Under the pieces are notes generated by a model. It did not search any database and was not told where the DNA came from. It saw only the letters and a program-made list of their open reading frames with translations. The translations under genes were made by a program, and so were the position numbers. Of a stretch of 64,000 nt of DNA, positions 51,993-60,546 are shown piece after piece (within the stretch, counting starts at the first letter, position 1; every line of letters starts with the position of its first letter). Origin of the DNA: an uncultured Planctomycetota bacterium (lineage in GTDB: Bacteria; Planctomycetota; Planctomycetia; Isosphaerales; Isosphaeraceae); assembly GCA_963823665.1 (NCBI GenBank), contig CAWGMQ010000003.1, positions 800,001-864,000 on the forward strand, given 5' to 3'.

Positions 51993-54491
51993 ATGCTTGC
52001 ACCACGACTCTCCGGCGGCTCGAAACGGCTCGTTCCGCTCGTCCTGGCCGGAGCCTTGCTGGCCGGCCCGATTTCCAGCGGCCGCGGCGCGGAGCCGATG
52101 ACCGCCCAGGAAACGCTACGCGAGCTGCGCGGGTTTCGCGAGCTGGGGAGCGTCTTGTACGTGGCCGCACACCCCGACGATGAGAACACCCAGCTCATCG
52201 CTTACCTGGCGCACGGGCGCTCCTACCGCACAGCCTACCTCTCGCTCACGCGGGGCGACGGCGGCCAGAACGTGATCGGCCCCGAGTTTTTCGAGGAGCT
52301 GGGAGTGATCCGCACCCAGGAACTGCTCGCCGCGCACCGCCTGGACGGCGGCCGGCAGTTCTTTACCCGCGCTGTCGACTTCGGCTTCTCGAAGAATTCC
52401 GCCGAGACGCTTCGAATCTGGGACCGGAAGGCGGTGGTCTCCGACATCGTGCGGGTGATCCGGACTTTTCGGCCCGACCTGATCATCACGCGCTTCTCAC
52501 CCCAGGGGGGCGGGCATGGACACCACACAGCGTCCGCGATCCTGGCGGTCGAGGCATTCAAGCTCGCGGGCGACCCCACGGCGTTCCCCGATCAGATCGG
52601 CGAGCTCGCCGCGTGGCAGCCCAAGCGAATTCTTCAGGACGGCGGCGGACCCGGCGGCCGGGGCGGCGGCGGGTCGGGATCGCTCCGCGTCGAGATCGGC
52701 GGGGATGACCCGGTTTCCGGCGAGCCGCTCGGGACGATTGCCGGGCGCAGCCGGGCCATGCACAAGAGCCAGGGCTTCGGCGACTTCGCCGGCCGCGGCG
52801 GGGGTGGCGGTCCCCGCACCGGCTCGTTCACGCTCCTGGCCGGCGAGCCCGCGACCAACGGCATCATGGACGGCGTCGACACGACCTGGGCCCGTGTGCC
52901 AGGCGGGGCGCCTGTCGCAAAGCTGGCCGACGAGGCGGTCGCGCAGTTCGACTTGAAAGACCCTGCCGCTAGCGTGCCGCGTCTGGTGGCGATCCGCGCG
53001 CGGCTGGCTTCGCTCCCCGTCGACCCCGTCGTGGCCGAGAAGCGGCGCCAGCTCGACCGGGCGATCCAGGGCTGCCTCGGACTCGTGGTCGAAACGACCG
53101 TCCCCCGAGCCGAAGCCGTGCCGGGCGAGAAGCTGCACCTTCAGCATCGGGCGACGGTCGCGGCGAGTGTCCCCGTCCGCTGGTTGTCGGTGTCTTATCC
53201 GCTCACGGGCCGATCAATCGACGTGCCGATCGAGCTGACAGCCGGCCGCCCCGCCACCCGCGACGTGGACCAGACGCTGCCGGCCGACTCGCCGCTTGGC
53301 CAGCCGTACTGGCTGCGCGCGGAGCACACTGTCGGCCTCTTCAAGGTCGACCCCGCCACGTTGATCGGACGCCCCGAGAACCCGCCGGCATTCCCGATCG
53401 AACACCGATTCCAGGTCGGCGATCAGACTCTTGAGATCGCCGACGTCGCTGCTGGAGCCGCAGAGCAGGGACAGCCGGCCCGGCGGCTCGAAGTCATCGC
53501 GCCCGTAGCGCTGCGGTTCGTCTCGGAGGTGCGACTCTTCGCCCCGGGGTCGGAGCGTCGCGTCGACGTCGAGGTGACGGCCGCGCGCGACGGCGCGGCG
53601 GGCCGGCTCGACCTCCAGGCGCCCAGTGGTTGGACGGTCACGCCCGCGTCACAGCCGTTCCGGCTCGCGTCGGCCGGCGACCACGCGCTCTTGGCGTTCA
53701 CCGTCAAAGCCCCGTCCGAAACGGGTACGGCCACACTCGCGGCCGAGGCTCGCGTGGGCGATCGGACCTGGAACACCGGCAAGGTCGTGATCCGGCACCA
53801 GCACATCCCCGTCCAGTTACTCCAGCCGGCCGCGCGACTGAAGGCCGTCGCCCTCGACCTCTCGATCAAGGGCCGCCGCGTCGGGTATGTCTCCGGCGCC
53901 GGCGACCGGGTGGCCGAGAGCCTCGCGGAAATGGGCTACCAGGTCACGCCGCTGGCCGGAGCGGATCTCACCCCCGATAAGCTCGGCAATCTCGACGCCG
54001 TCGTGATCGGCGTCCGCGCCTACAACGTGCGCACGGACCTCGACGCCGCCCTGCCGGCGCTGTTCGCCTACGTCGAGGGGGGCGGGACGGTGGTCGCCCA
54101 GTACAACCGGCCGAACGAGCTCAAGACGAACCGGCTCGCCCCCTACGACCTGCGGCTATCTGGCGCCCGCGTTACCGACGAAACGGCGCCGGTTGCCTTT
54201 CTCGCACCCGACCACCCCGTGCTCACGACGCCCAACAAGGTCAGCCAGACCGACATGGAAGGCTGGGTGCAGGAGCGTGGTATTTACTTCCCGGCGCAAT
54301 GGGACTCGCACTTCACTCCGATCCTCGCATCGGGCGACCCGGGCGAGACGCCGCTCAAGGGAGGCCTGCTCGTGGCGAAGCATGGCCGGGGCCACTTCGT
54401 CTATACCGGGCTCGTCTTCTTCCGGCAATTGCCCGCCGGAGTCCCCGGGGCCTACCGGCTCTTCGCCAATCTGGTCTCGCTCGGCAAATGA
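51993..54491 (+). CDS. Exported PIG-L/LmbE-family deacetylase with Ig-like (NEW3-type) and C-terminal class I glutamine-amidotransferase-like domains
   Basis: Hydrophobic N-terminus; AAHPDDE, TRGDGGQN, RAVDFGFSK, HGHH, SRAMHKSQGFG, WVQERG.YF and RQLPAGVPGAYRLFANL. Confidence 0.88.
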   Translation: MLAPRLSGGSKRLVPLVLAGALLAGPISSGRGAEPMTAQETLRELRGFRELGSVLYVAAHPDDENTQLIAYLAHGRSYRTAYLSLTRGDGGQNVIGPEFFEELGVIRTQELLAAHRLDGGRQFFTRAVDFGFSKNSAETLRIWDRKAVVSDIVRVIRTFRPDLIITRFSPQGGGHGHHTASAILAVEAFKLAGDPTAFPDQIGELAAWQPKRILQDGGGPGGRGGGGSGSLRVEIGGDDPVSGEPLGTIAGRSRAMHKSQGFGDFAGRGGGGGPRTGSFTLLAGEPATNGIMDGVDTTWARVPGGAPVAKLADEAVAQFDLKDPAASVPRLVAIRARLASLPVDPVVAEKRRQLDRAIQGCLGLVVETTVPRAEAVPGEKLHLQHRATVAASVPVRWLSVSYPLTGRSIDVPIELTAGRPATRDVDQTLPADSPLGQPYWLRAEHTVGLFKVDPATLIGRPENPPAFPIEHRFQVGDQTLEIADVAAGAAEQGQPARRLEVIAPVALRFVSEVRLFAPGSERRVDVEVTAARDGAAGRLDLQAPSGWTVTPASQPFRLASAGDHALLAFTVKAPSETGTATLAAEARVGDRTWNTGKVVIRHQHIPVQLLQPAARLKAVALDLSIKGRRVGYVSGAGDRVAESLAEMGYQVTPLAGADLTPDKLGNLDAVVIGVRAYNVRTDLDAALPALFAYVEGGGTVVAQYNRPNELKTNRLAPYDLRLSGARVTDETAPVAFLAPDHPVLTTPNKVSQTDMEGWVQERGIYFPAQWDSHFTPILASGDPGETPLKGGLLVAKHGRGHFVYTGLVFFRQLPAGVPGAYRLFANLVSLGK

Positions 54492-54670
54492 CCATCCGGG
54501 ACGACGATCGAGCCGGTCCGCCGCACCCGAGCGGCTGCGCGGAGGAACCGCCGGACGGGGCGACTGGCCTGCCCTGGCCGAGGACGTGGCCGGGCGTTTA
54601 CGCGCTGGTGCTCATCTGCTTCGTCGCATGGGTGGTCTTGCTCGTCGTGCTAGAGCGGAGCTATCCATGA
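54488..54670 (+). CDS. Small single-TM protein upstream of the symporter
   Basis: ATGA overlaps at both ends; TW..VY.LVL..FVAWVVLLVVL transmembrane segment. Confidence 0.75.
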   Translation: MTIRDDDRAGPPHPSGCAEEPPDGATGLPWPRTWPGVYALVLICFVAWVVLLVVLERSYP

Positions 54671-56382
54671 CTCTGCTCGACTTCGTGGTGCTCGCCGGTA
54701 GCATGGTCGGGATCGCGGCCCTCGGCGTCTGGCAGACACGCGGGCGGCAGGAGCTGAGCTATTACCTGAAGGGCGACCGGCGCACCGGCTGGGCCGCCAT
54801 CGGCATCTCGGTCATGGCGACGCAGGCAAGCGCAGTGACGTTCCTCTCGATGCCCGGCCAGGGGTACCAGGACGGCCTGGGATTCGTTCAAAACTACTTT
54901 GGCGCCCCGCTCGCCCTGATCATCATCGCGGCGGTGTTCTTACCGATGTATCGCCGGCTGAAGGTGTACACGGCGTACGAGTACCTCGGGCGCCGGTTCG
55001 ACGCCAAGACCCGGCTTCTGGGCGCAGGCCTTTTTCTCCTCCAGCGCGGCTTGCAAGCGGGGATCACGGTGTACGCCCCCGCGATCATCCTCTCGACGGT
55101 GCTGCACTGGCGCACCGACGCCACGATCCTGCTCTCCGGGCTGGTCGTGATCGCCTACACGGCGGCGGGCGGCAGCCAGGCAGTGAACGTGACGCAGAAG
55201 TACCAGCTCGGCGTGATTTTCTGCGGGATGCTGGCAGCCTTCATCGTCCTGCTGCGCCGGTTGCCACCCGGCGTCGGGTTCGACGACGCCTTGGCCTTGG
55301 CCGGCGGCTTCGGTAAGTTAAACGGGGTCGATTTCTCGGTCGACGCGAGCCGGCGTTACACGTTCTGGTCGGGGCTGCTGGGAGGTCTTTTTCTGGCGCT
55401 GTCGTACTTCGGCACCGATCAGTCTCAGGTCCAGCGCTATCTGTCCGGAACATCGCTCCGCGAGAGCCGGCTCGGCCTGATGTTCAACGCCGTGCTAAAG
55501 ATTCCCATGCAGTTTTTTATCCTGCTCCTGGGGACGATGGTGTTCGTCTTCTACCAGTTCGAGCCGTCGCCGATTTACTTCAACCGCGTGGCCTGGGAGC
55601 GCGGGCTAAAGCGCGATCCGGACGGCCGGCTCCGGTCGCTCGAGCAGCACTTTGGAGAGCTTCACACCGAGAAGCGGCGCGCCGTCCTGGACTGGCTCCA
55701 TGCCCGCGAGAGCGGCGACCGCTCGGCCGAGGCTGCGGCGCGAATTCGGGCCCTGTCCGCGCACGATCGAAGTCAGGCCGCGCGGGCCGAGGCCAGGGCG
55801 GCCCTGGAATCGTTCACCTCGAGCGGCAAAGCTCCGGATACCGATTACGTGTTCATCAGCTTCATCCTCGGCCATCTCCCACATGGGATGATCGGTCTCT
55901 TGATCGCCGCGTTCTTCGGCGCCACGCTCTCGTCGAAGGCCGCCGAGCTGAACGCGCTGGCGTCGACAACGACGGTCGATTTCTACCGGCACATCGTCGT
56001 GCGCCAGGCGAGCGACGCACATTACGTAGGCGCCACGCGCTGGTTCACCGTGATGTGGGGGGCGATCGCGGTCGGCTTCGCGCTCTTCGCCAGCCTGGCG
56101 GAGAACCTGATCCAGGCGGTGAACATCGTGGCCTCGATCTTCTACGGCGTGGTCCTCGGCCTGTTCATCGTCGCGTTTTTCCTGCGGCAGGTGCACGGGA
56201 CCGCCGTCTTCTGGGCGGCGATCGCGGCGCAGCTCCTGGTGTTCGTGCTCTTCGCCACCCTGGAGATCAGCTACCTGTGGTATAACCTGATCGGCTGTGC
56301 GGCCTGCATGGGGTTCAGCCTCGCGCTGCAGGCGGCGATCGGCCCCGGCCCGTCCGCCGCGGAGGCGCCCGAGAACCCATGA
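54667..56382 (+). CDS. Sodium:solute symporter (SSS family)
   Basis: SVMATQASAVTFL, YTAYEYL..RF, YFGTDQSQVQRYL and LNALASTT.VD; many transmembrane segments. Confidence 0.92.
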   Translation: MTLLDFVVLAGSMVGIAALGVWQTRGRQELSYYLKGDRRTGWAAIGISVMATQASAVTFLSMPGQGYQDGLGFVQNYFGAPLALIIIAAVFLPMYRRLKVYTAYEYLGRRFDAKTRLLGAGLFLLQRGLQAGITVYAPAIILSTVLHWRTDATILLSGLVVIAYTAAGGSQAVNVTQKYQLGVIFCGMLAAFIVLLRRLPPGVGFDDALALAGGFGKLNGVDFSVDASRRYTFWSGLLGGLFLALSYFGTDQSQVQRYLSGTSLRESRLGLMFNAVLKIPMQFFILLLGTMVFVFYQFEPSPIYFNRVAWERGLKRDPDGRLRSLEQHFGELHTEKRRAVLDWLHARESGDRSAEAAARIRALSAHDRSQAARAEARAALESFTSSGKAPDTDYVFISFILGHLPHGMIGLLIAAFFGATLSSKAAELNALASTTTVDFYRHIVVRQASDAHYVGATRWFTVMWGAIAVGFALFASLAENLIQAVNIVASIFYGVVLGLFIVAFFLRQVHGTAVFWAAIAAQLLVFVLFATLEISYLWYNLIGCAACMGFSLALQAAIGPGPSAAEAPENP

Positions 56383-57167
56383 ACGCACAAGTGACGACCA
56401 CTCCCGTCATCTGCTTCGGCCAGCAGCCATGCGGCTTCTTCCCGCGGCGCTATCTCTACGCCAAGATCGCCACGGCACGGCGGCTTCAGGCGGAGCTCGG
56501 CGGCGAGGTCGTCTTCTTCTGCCATGACAGCGACCACGACTTCCGCGAGACCCGCACCACTTTGCGCCACCGCAAGACGGGCGAGCCGCTCCAGCTCAAT
56601 TTCGCCTTCGACAACCAGGTGCAGCGGAAGTTCTCGCCGCTGTACTTGAAGCGGGTGCGCGCCGACTGGCACGCCCGCACCGCTCTGCAGATTCGACCCT
56701 ACGTCGACCCCCGGTGCGAAGACGCATTCCGCGCCGTCGAATCTCGATTTGTCGCCGATTTCTGCATCGAGATGTACCGAAGGATGGGCCTGCTCGAGGG
56801 CATTCGCGTCGCGCGCTCGTGCGAAGCGTCCTTTCGCAGCGCGGCGTGCGAGGTGGAAGACTTCTACGTCGACGTGCCGTACGAAGGCGAGGTCGTGCGG
56901 GCCCGGCCCGTCGATGGCCGGCTCAGGCTTTACAAGGGGGGTGATCAGTATGTGGACCTTCCGGACGTGAAGTTTACACGTGAGCAGATCAGCCCGACGC
57001 GCGACACCCGGCTGCGCTGGATGCAGTCGGTGATCCGGTGCACCCACTACGTAGCAGGAGCCAGCGAGCAGAGTTATCTTCGCAAGGAGGACGCGCCGGA
57101 GATCACTTACGTCGTTCGCGACACCATCGATCGGCCCGAGGAAGCCTATGTCGAAGTCTCATCCTGA
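56379..57167 (+). CDS. bshC: Short BshC-like protein (putative cysteine-adding enzyme), 262 aa
   Basis: VICFGQQ...K...A..L...VVFF..DSDHDFRE and HYVAGASEQSY align by eye with BshC V.TGQQ...K...VFW...EDHDF.E and YIGGPGE..Y; adjacent to bshB1 and bshA. Confidence 0.65.
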   Translation: MNAQVTTTPVICFGQQPCGFFPRRYLYAKIATARRLQAELGGEVVFFCHDSDHDFRETRTTLRHRKTGEPLQLNFAFDNQVQRKFSPLYLKRVRADWHARTALQIRPYVDPRCEDAFRAVESRFVADFCIEMYRRMGLLEGIRVARSCEASFRSAACEVEDFYVDVPYEGEVVRARPVDGRLRLYKGGDQYVDLPDVKFTREQISPTRDTRLRWMQSVIRCTHYVAGASEQSYLRKEDAPEITYVVRDTIDRPEEAYVEVSS

Positions 57168-57876
57168 GCTGGGACCCCTCGTGGCCTTTGGCGCCCATCC
57201 CGACGACGTCGAGCTCGGCTGCGGCGCGGTGGTGGCTCTGGAGGCCCGCGCCGGGCGGCCCGCCCATGTGATTGTCTGCTCGCGTGGCGAGTCAGCCACC
57301 CACGGCACGCCCGATGAGCGCATCCGCGAGTGCCAGACCGCGGCGAAGCTGCTGGGGGCATCGCTCGAGCTGATCGAGCTCGACGGCGACGCCCACCTCG
57401 AACTCAAGGCCGCCCACGCGATCCGGCTCGCCGGGGTGATCCGGCGGTTGCGGCCGGCGGTGGTCCTGGCGCCCTCTCTCGTCGAGAACCAGCATCCGGA
57501 CCACTCCCGGCTGGGGCGCCTGGTGCGCGACGCCGCCCGCATCGCCCGCTACGGCGGAGTTGCCGAACTGCGCGACCTGGCCCCGCACTCGATCGAGCTG
57601 CTCTTCTATTATGCACTGGCGCCGGGCGCCGAGCCTCTCGATGTGACCCCGGTCTTGGTCGACGTCTCGGCGCCCGAGGTCCTGGCTGCGTGGAGCGCCG
57701 CGATGAAGGCGCACACGACGCAGGTGAAGGCCCGACCCTACGTCGAAATGCAACAGACGCGAGCCCGCGTGAATGGGCTGCGGGCCGGCACCGGCCACGC
57801 GATCGCCCTCTACCCCAACGACCCTCCCGTCGTCGACTCGCTGGCGCGGCTGGGCCGCAGCACGAACCGGTTCTGA
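57148..57876 (+). CDS. bshB1: N-acetyl-alpha-D-glucosaminyl L-malate deacetylase (PIG-L family)
   Basis: AFGAHPDDVELGCG, SRGE.ATHGT...R..E and HPDH; directly upstream of bshA. Confidence 0.82.
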   Translation: MSKSHPELGPLVAFGAHPDDVELGCGAVVALEARAGRPAHVIVCSRGESATHGTPDERIRECQTAAKLLGASLELIELDGDAHLELKAAHAIRLAGVIRRLRPAVVLAPSLVENQHPDHSRLGRLVRDAARIARYGGVAELRDLAPHSIELLFYYALAPGAEPLDVTPVLVDVSAPEVLAAWSAAMKAHTTQVKARPYVEMQQTRARVNGLRAGTGHAIALYPNDPPVVDSLARLGRSTNRF

Positions 57877-57877
57877 C

Positions 57878-59014
57878 ATGCCCGCTTCTCGCCCTCTGCG
57901 CATCGGCATCACGTGTTACCCGTCGGTGGGCGGAAGCGGCATCCTCGCGACCTCGATGGGCATCGACCTTGCGCGGCGCGGCCACGATGTGCATTTCATC
58001 TGCTACGAGCGCCCGTTTCGCCTCCCGAGCGATCTACCCCGCGTCCACTTCCATCCGGTCGCCATCAACGACTACGGCCTGTTCAAGTACCCGGACTACA
58101 CGCTGCCGCTCTCGGTGAAGATGGCCGAGGTCAGTCGCGAATTCCGGCTTGACGTGCTCCACGTCCATTACGCCGTGCCGCACGCCACGGCCGCGTTCCT
58201 CGCGCGGTCAATGCTGCCGCCCAGGCTGCGCCCGAAGGTCGTCACGACGCTCCACGGCACCGACACCACGTTACTCGGCCGCGATCCGGGCTACGCGCCG
58301 GCCTTGCGATACGCACTGACGCGTTCCGACGCCGTGACCGCCGTGTCCGAGTTCCTTCACGCCGAAACTCGCCGTGTTCTCGGCGTCAAGCGGCCGATCG
58401 AGGTTGTGCACAACTTCTTCGATCCGCGCCCACCGCGCAGGACGCGCGAGGCGGTGCGGCATGAGCTCGGCGTGACCGATGAGCTGGTCATCCTGCACAG
58501 CTCGAACCTGCGCCCGGTGAAGCGGATCGACCTGTTGCTCGAAGCGGCCGCGCGGGTGCGCCCGCAAGAATCGTTCCGCCTGGTGATCCTTGCGGGGGAC
58601 GACTTCGCGCCATTCGCCGGCGAGATCCGCCGTCTTGGCCTCGAACGCCGGGTGAGCGTGCTCGAGCGCGTGCTCGACATCGAGGACTACCTCCAGGCCG
58701 CCGACGTCGGGCTGTTCACATCGGATTCCGAGAGCTTCTGCCTGAGCATCCTCGAAGCGATGTGGTTTGGCTGTCCGAGCGTGGCGACGCGAGTGGGAGG
58801 CATCCCCGAGGTGGTGGAAGACGGCGTCTCGGGCCTCCTCGTCACCGCTGGTGACGCGGACGAGCTCGCCCGCGCTCTGGAAAGCCTATTGTCGAACCCG
58901 CCGCGCCGCCTCGCCATGGGCGAAGAAGCCCGCCGCCGAGCGCACGAGCGATTCTCCGCCGACGTCATCGTGCCGCTCTACGAGGCGCTCTACCGACGGG
59001 TCTGCCACATCTGA
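57878..59014 (+). CDS. bshA: N-acetyl-alpha-D-glucosaminyl L-malate synthase (GT4)
   Basis: IGITCYPSVGGSG, F.YP.Y.L.L, LHVHYAVPHA, TTLHGTD, SNLRPVKR and ESF.LSILEAM. Confidence 0.92.
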   Translation: MPASRPLRIGITCYPSVGGSGILATSMGIDLARRGHDVHFICYERPFRLPSDLPRVHFHPVAINDYGLFKYPDYTLPLSVKMAEVSREFRLDVLHVHYAVPHATAAFLARSMLPPRLRPKVVTTLHGTDTTLLGRDPGYAPALRYALTRSDAVTAVSEFLHAETRRVLGVKRPIEVVHNFFDPRPPRRTREAVRHELGVTDELVILHSSNLRPVKRIDLLLEAAARVRPQESFRLVILAGDDFAPFAGEIRRLGLERRVSVLERVLDIEDYLQAADVGLFTSDSESFCLSILEAMWFGCPSVATRVGGIPEVVEDGVSGLLVTAGDADELARALESLLSNPPRRLAMGEEARRRAHERFSADVIVPLYEALYRRVCHI

Positions 59015-59120
59015 CCCGTTTCCTGAGTCACACGTAAGTCCAAGCGCTGCAAGGCTGTGACGCTGTGACGCAGAAATGCGGGCACCCCAAATTGCAAATG
59101 CCACGTTCTGTGGAGGCTGA

Positions 59121-60110
59121 TCACCATTTCCACGCCGCTTGCAGCTCCGAATTGACAACGCACTCCGCCGGCCAGCGATCGCGCGAGAGCTCGACGATCG
59201 TCGACGCCGCCAGGTCGGCCATGTCGCTCATCGATCGAAGGTCGGTCCCGGCGATGTGCGGGCACAGGATGATATTCGGAACGCCGAGCAGCGGATTGTC
59301 CGGATCAGGCGGTTCCTTGCTCATGACGTCCAGGCCCGCGCCGGCAAGGTGGCCGGAGAGCACGGCTTCACGCAGGTCGCGTTCCACCACCAGGCCGCCG
59401 CGAGCGGTGTTGATCAGGTAAGAACCCGGCTTCATCTTCGCCAGGAACTCGCGGTTGACCATCCCACGGGTCGCATCGTTTAACGGCACGTGCAGGCTCA
59501 CGACGTCGGAGCAGGCGAGCAGGTCGTCGAGCGACATCCGCTTGATGCCATGCCGCTGGTCGAAGTCGGCGTCGACAATCGTATCGAAGGCAACCACGCG
59601 CACCTGGAATCCCGGCGCTCGCATCGCGACGGCGCGGCCGATGCGGCCCATTCCCACGAGGCCGAGCGTCATCCCACGCACCGGGCGAACCAGGGCGCGG
59701 TCCCAGCCTCCCGCGTGAATCACCCGGTCGTTGTGCACGATCCGGCGCGGCAGTGCCAGGAGCAATGCCCAGGTTTGCTCGGCGACGCTGTCCTGATTGG
59801 TGCCCGGAGTGATCGTCACCGCCACCTTGTGCGCCGAGGCGGCCTCGACGTCGATCAGGTCGTAGCCCACGCCGGTGCGGGCGATCACTCGCAACTTGGG
59901 GGCGAGCGGAAAGAGATCAGCCGACATGCGCTCTCCACCGGCGATCAAGGCATCAATCGTCCCCAGAAAGGGGTCAAGCTGCTCGCGCGTCAACGAGAAG
60001 TCGCCCTCGGGATCGACCACCTCGAACCCGGCGTCCGCCAGGATCTGGCGAAAGCGGCCTGGCTGTGATCGCAACAGATAAGGACCGATCAAAACTCTTG
60101 GCATGGTCAT
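59121..60110 (-). CDS. D-isomer-specific 2-hydroxyacid dehydrogenase (phosphoglycerate dehydrogenase-like)
   Basis: ARTGVGYD, GLVGMGRIG, SLHVPL, INTARGGLV, AGLDV...EP and PHIAG. Confidence 0.9.
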   Translation of the reverse strand: MTMPRVLIGPYLLRSQPGRFRQILADAGFEVVDPEGDFSLTREQLDPFLGTIDALIAGGERMSADLFPLAPKLRVIARTGVGYDLIDVEAASAHKVAVTITPGTNQDSVAEQTWALLLALPRRIVHNDRVIHAGGWDRALVRPVRGMTLGLVGMGRIGRAVAMRAPGFQVRVVAFDTIVDADFDQRHGIKRMSLDDLLACSDVVSLHVPLNDATRGMVNREFLAKMKPGSYLINTARGGLVVERDLREAVLSGHLAGAGLDVMSKEPPDPDNPLLGVPNIILCPHIAGTDLRSMSDMADLAASTIVELSRDRWPAECVVNSELQAAWKW

Positions 60111-60546
60111 CTCGGTAGGAAGGAGGGTATGATCGGCCCAAATGGATGCTTCTCGACGAACGAGGGCGCCGATTTCTTGGCTCAAGGGCCGTCTTCGCCT
60201 TGCGTCGGGCCATTGCCCAACTTATTCTCATCGAAGCCGAAGGGCAACCTCGTTTCGCCGCCACCCTTCTTGTTGAGGCCTTCACGAGCCGTCCGATTTG
60301 AGCAGCGCGGCTTCCGTGATGAGACCGGGGGCGATCATGGCCGGGCAACGCCGCTCTTGACTGGTCCGAAATCCTGGCGACTATGGATTTAGGGGGGCAT
60401 CGTACGATCGAGACGAATTGGAGATTTCCGGGGCCCGTTCCGGCTGCGGGGTGTGGTAGACTTGTCCGAGGGAGCGCTGATAGCTTGCCGGCATTCGGTC
60501 AACCATCCTCGTTGGCAGATCCCGCCCTTGACGCAGAAAGCGCACT

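Noticed and set aside
54193..54666. N-terminal extension of the symporter (729-aa ORF)
   Set aside because: It overlaps the PIG-L gene and the small TM gene; the coupled ATG at 54667 gives a normal SSS start.
60111..60546. Riboswitch or ncRNA in the divergent intergenic region
   Set aside because: No recognisable conserved RNA motif by eye; an Rfam/Infernal scan would be needed. No tRNA or rRNA was seen anywhere in the window.
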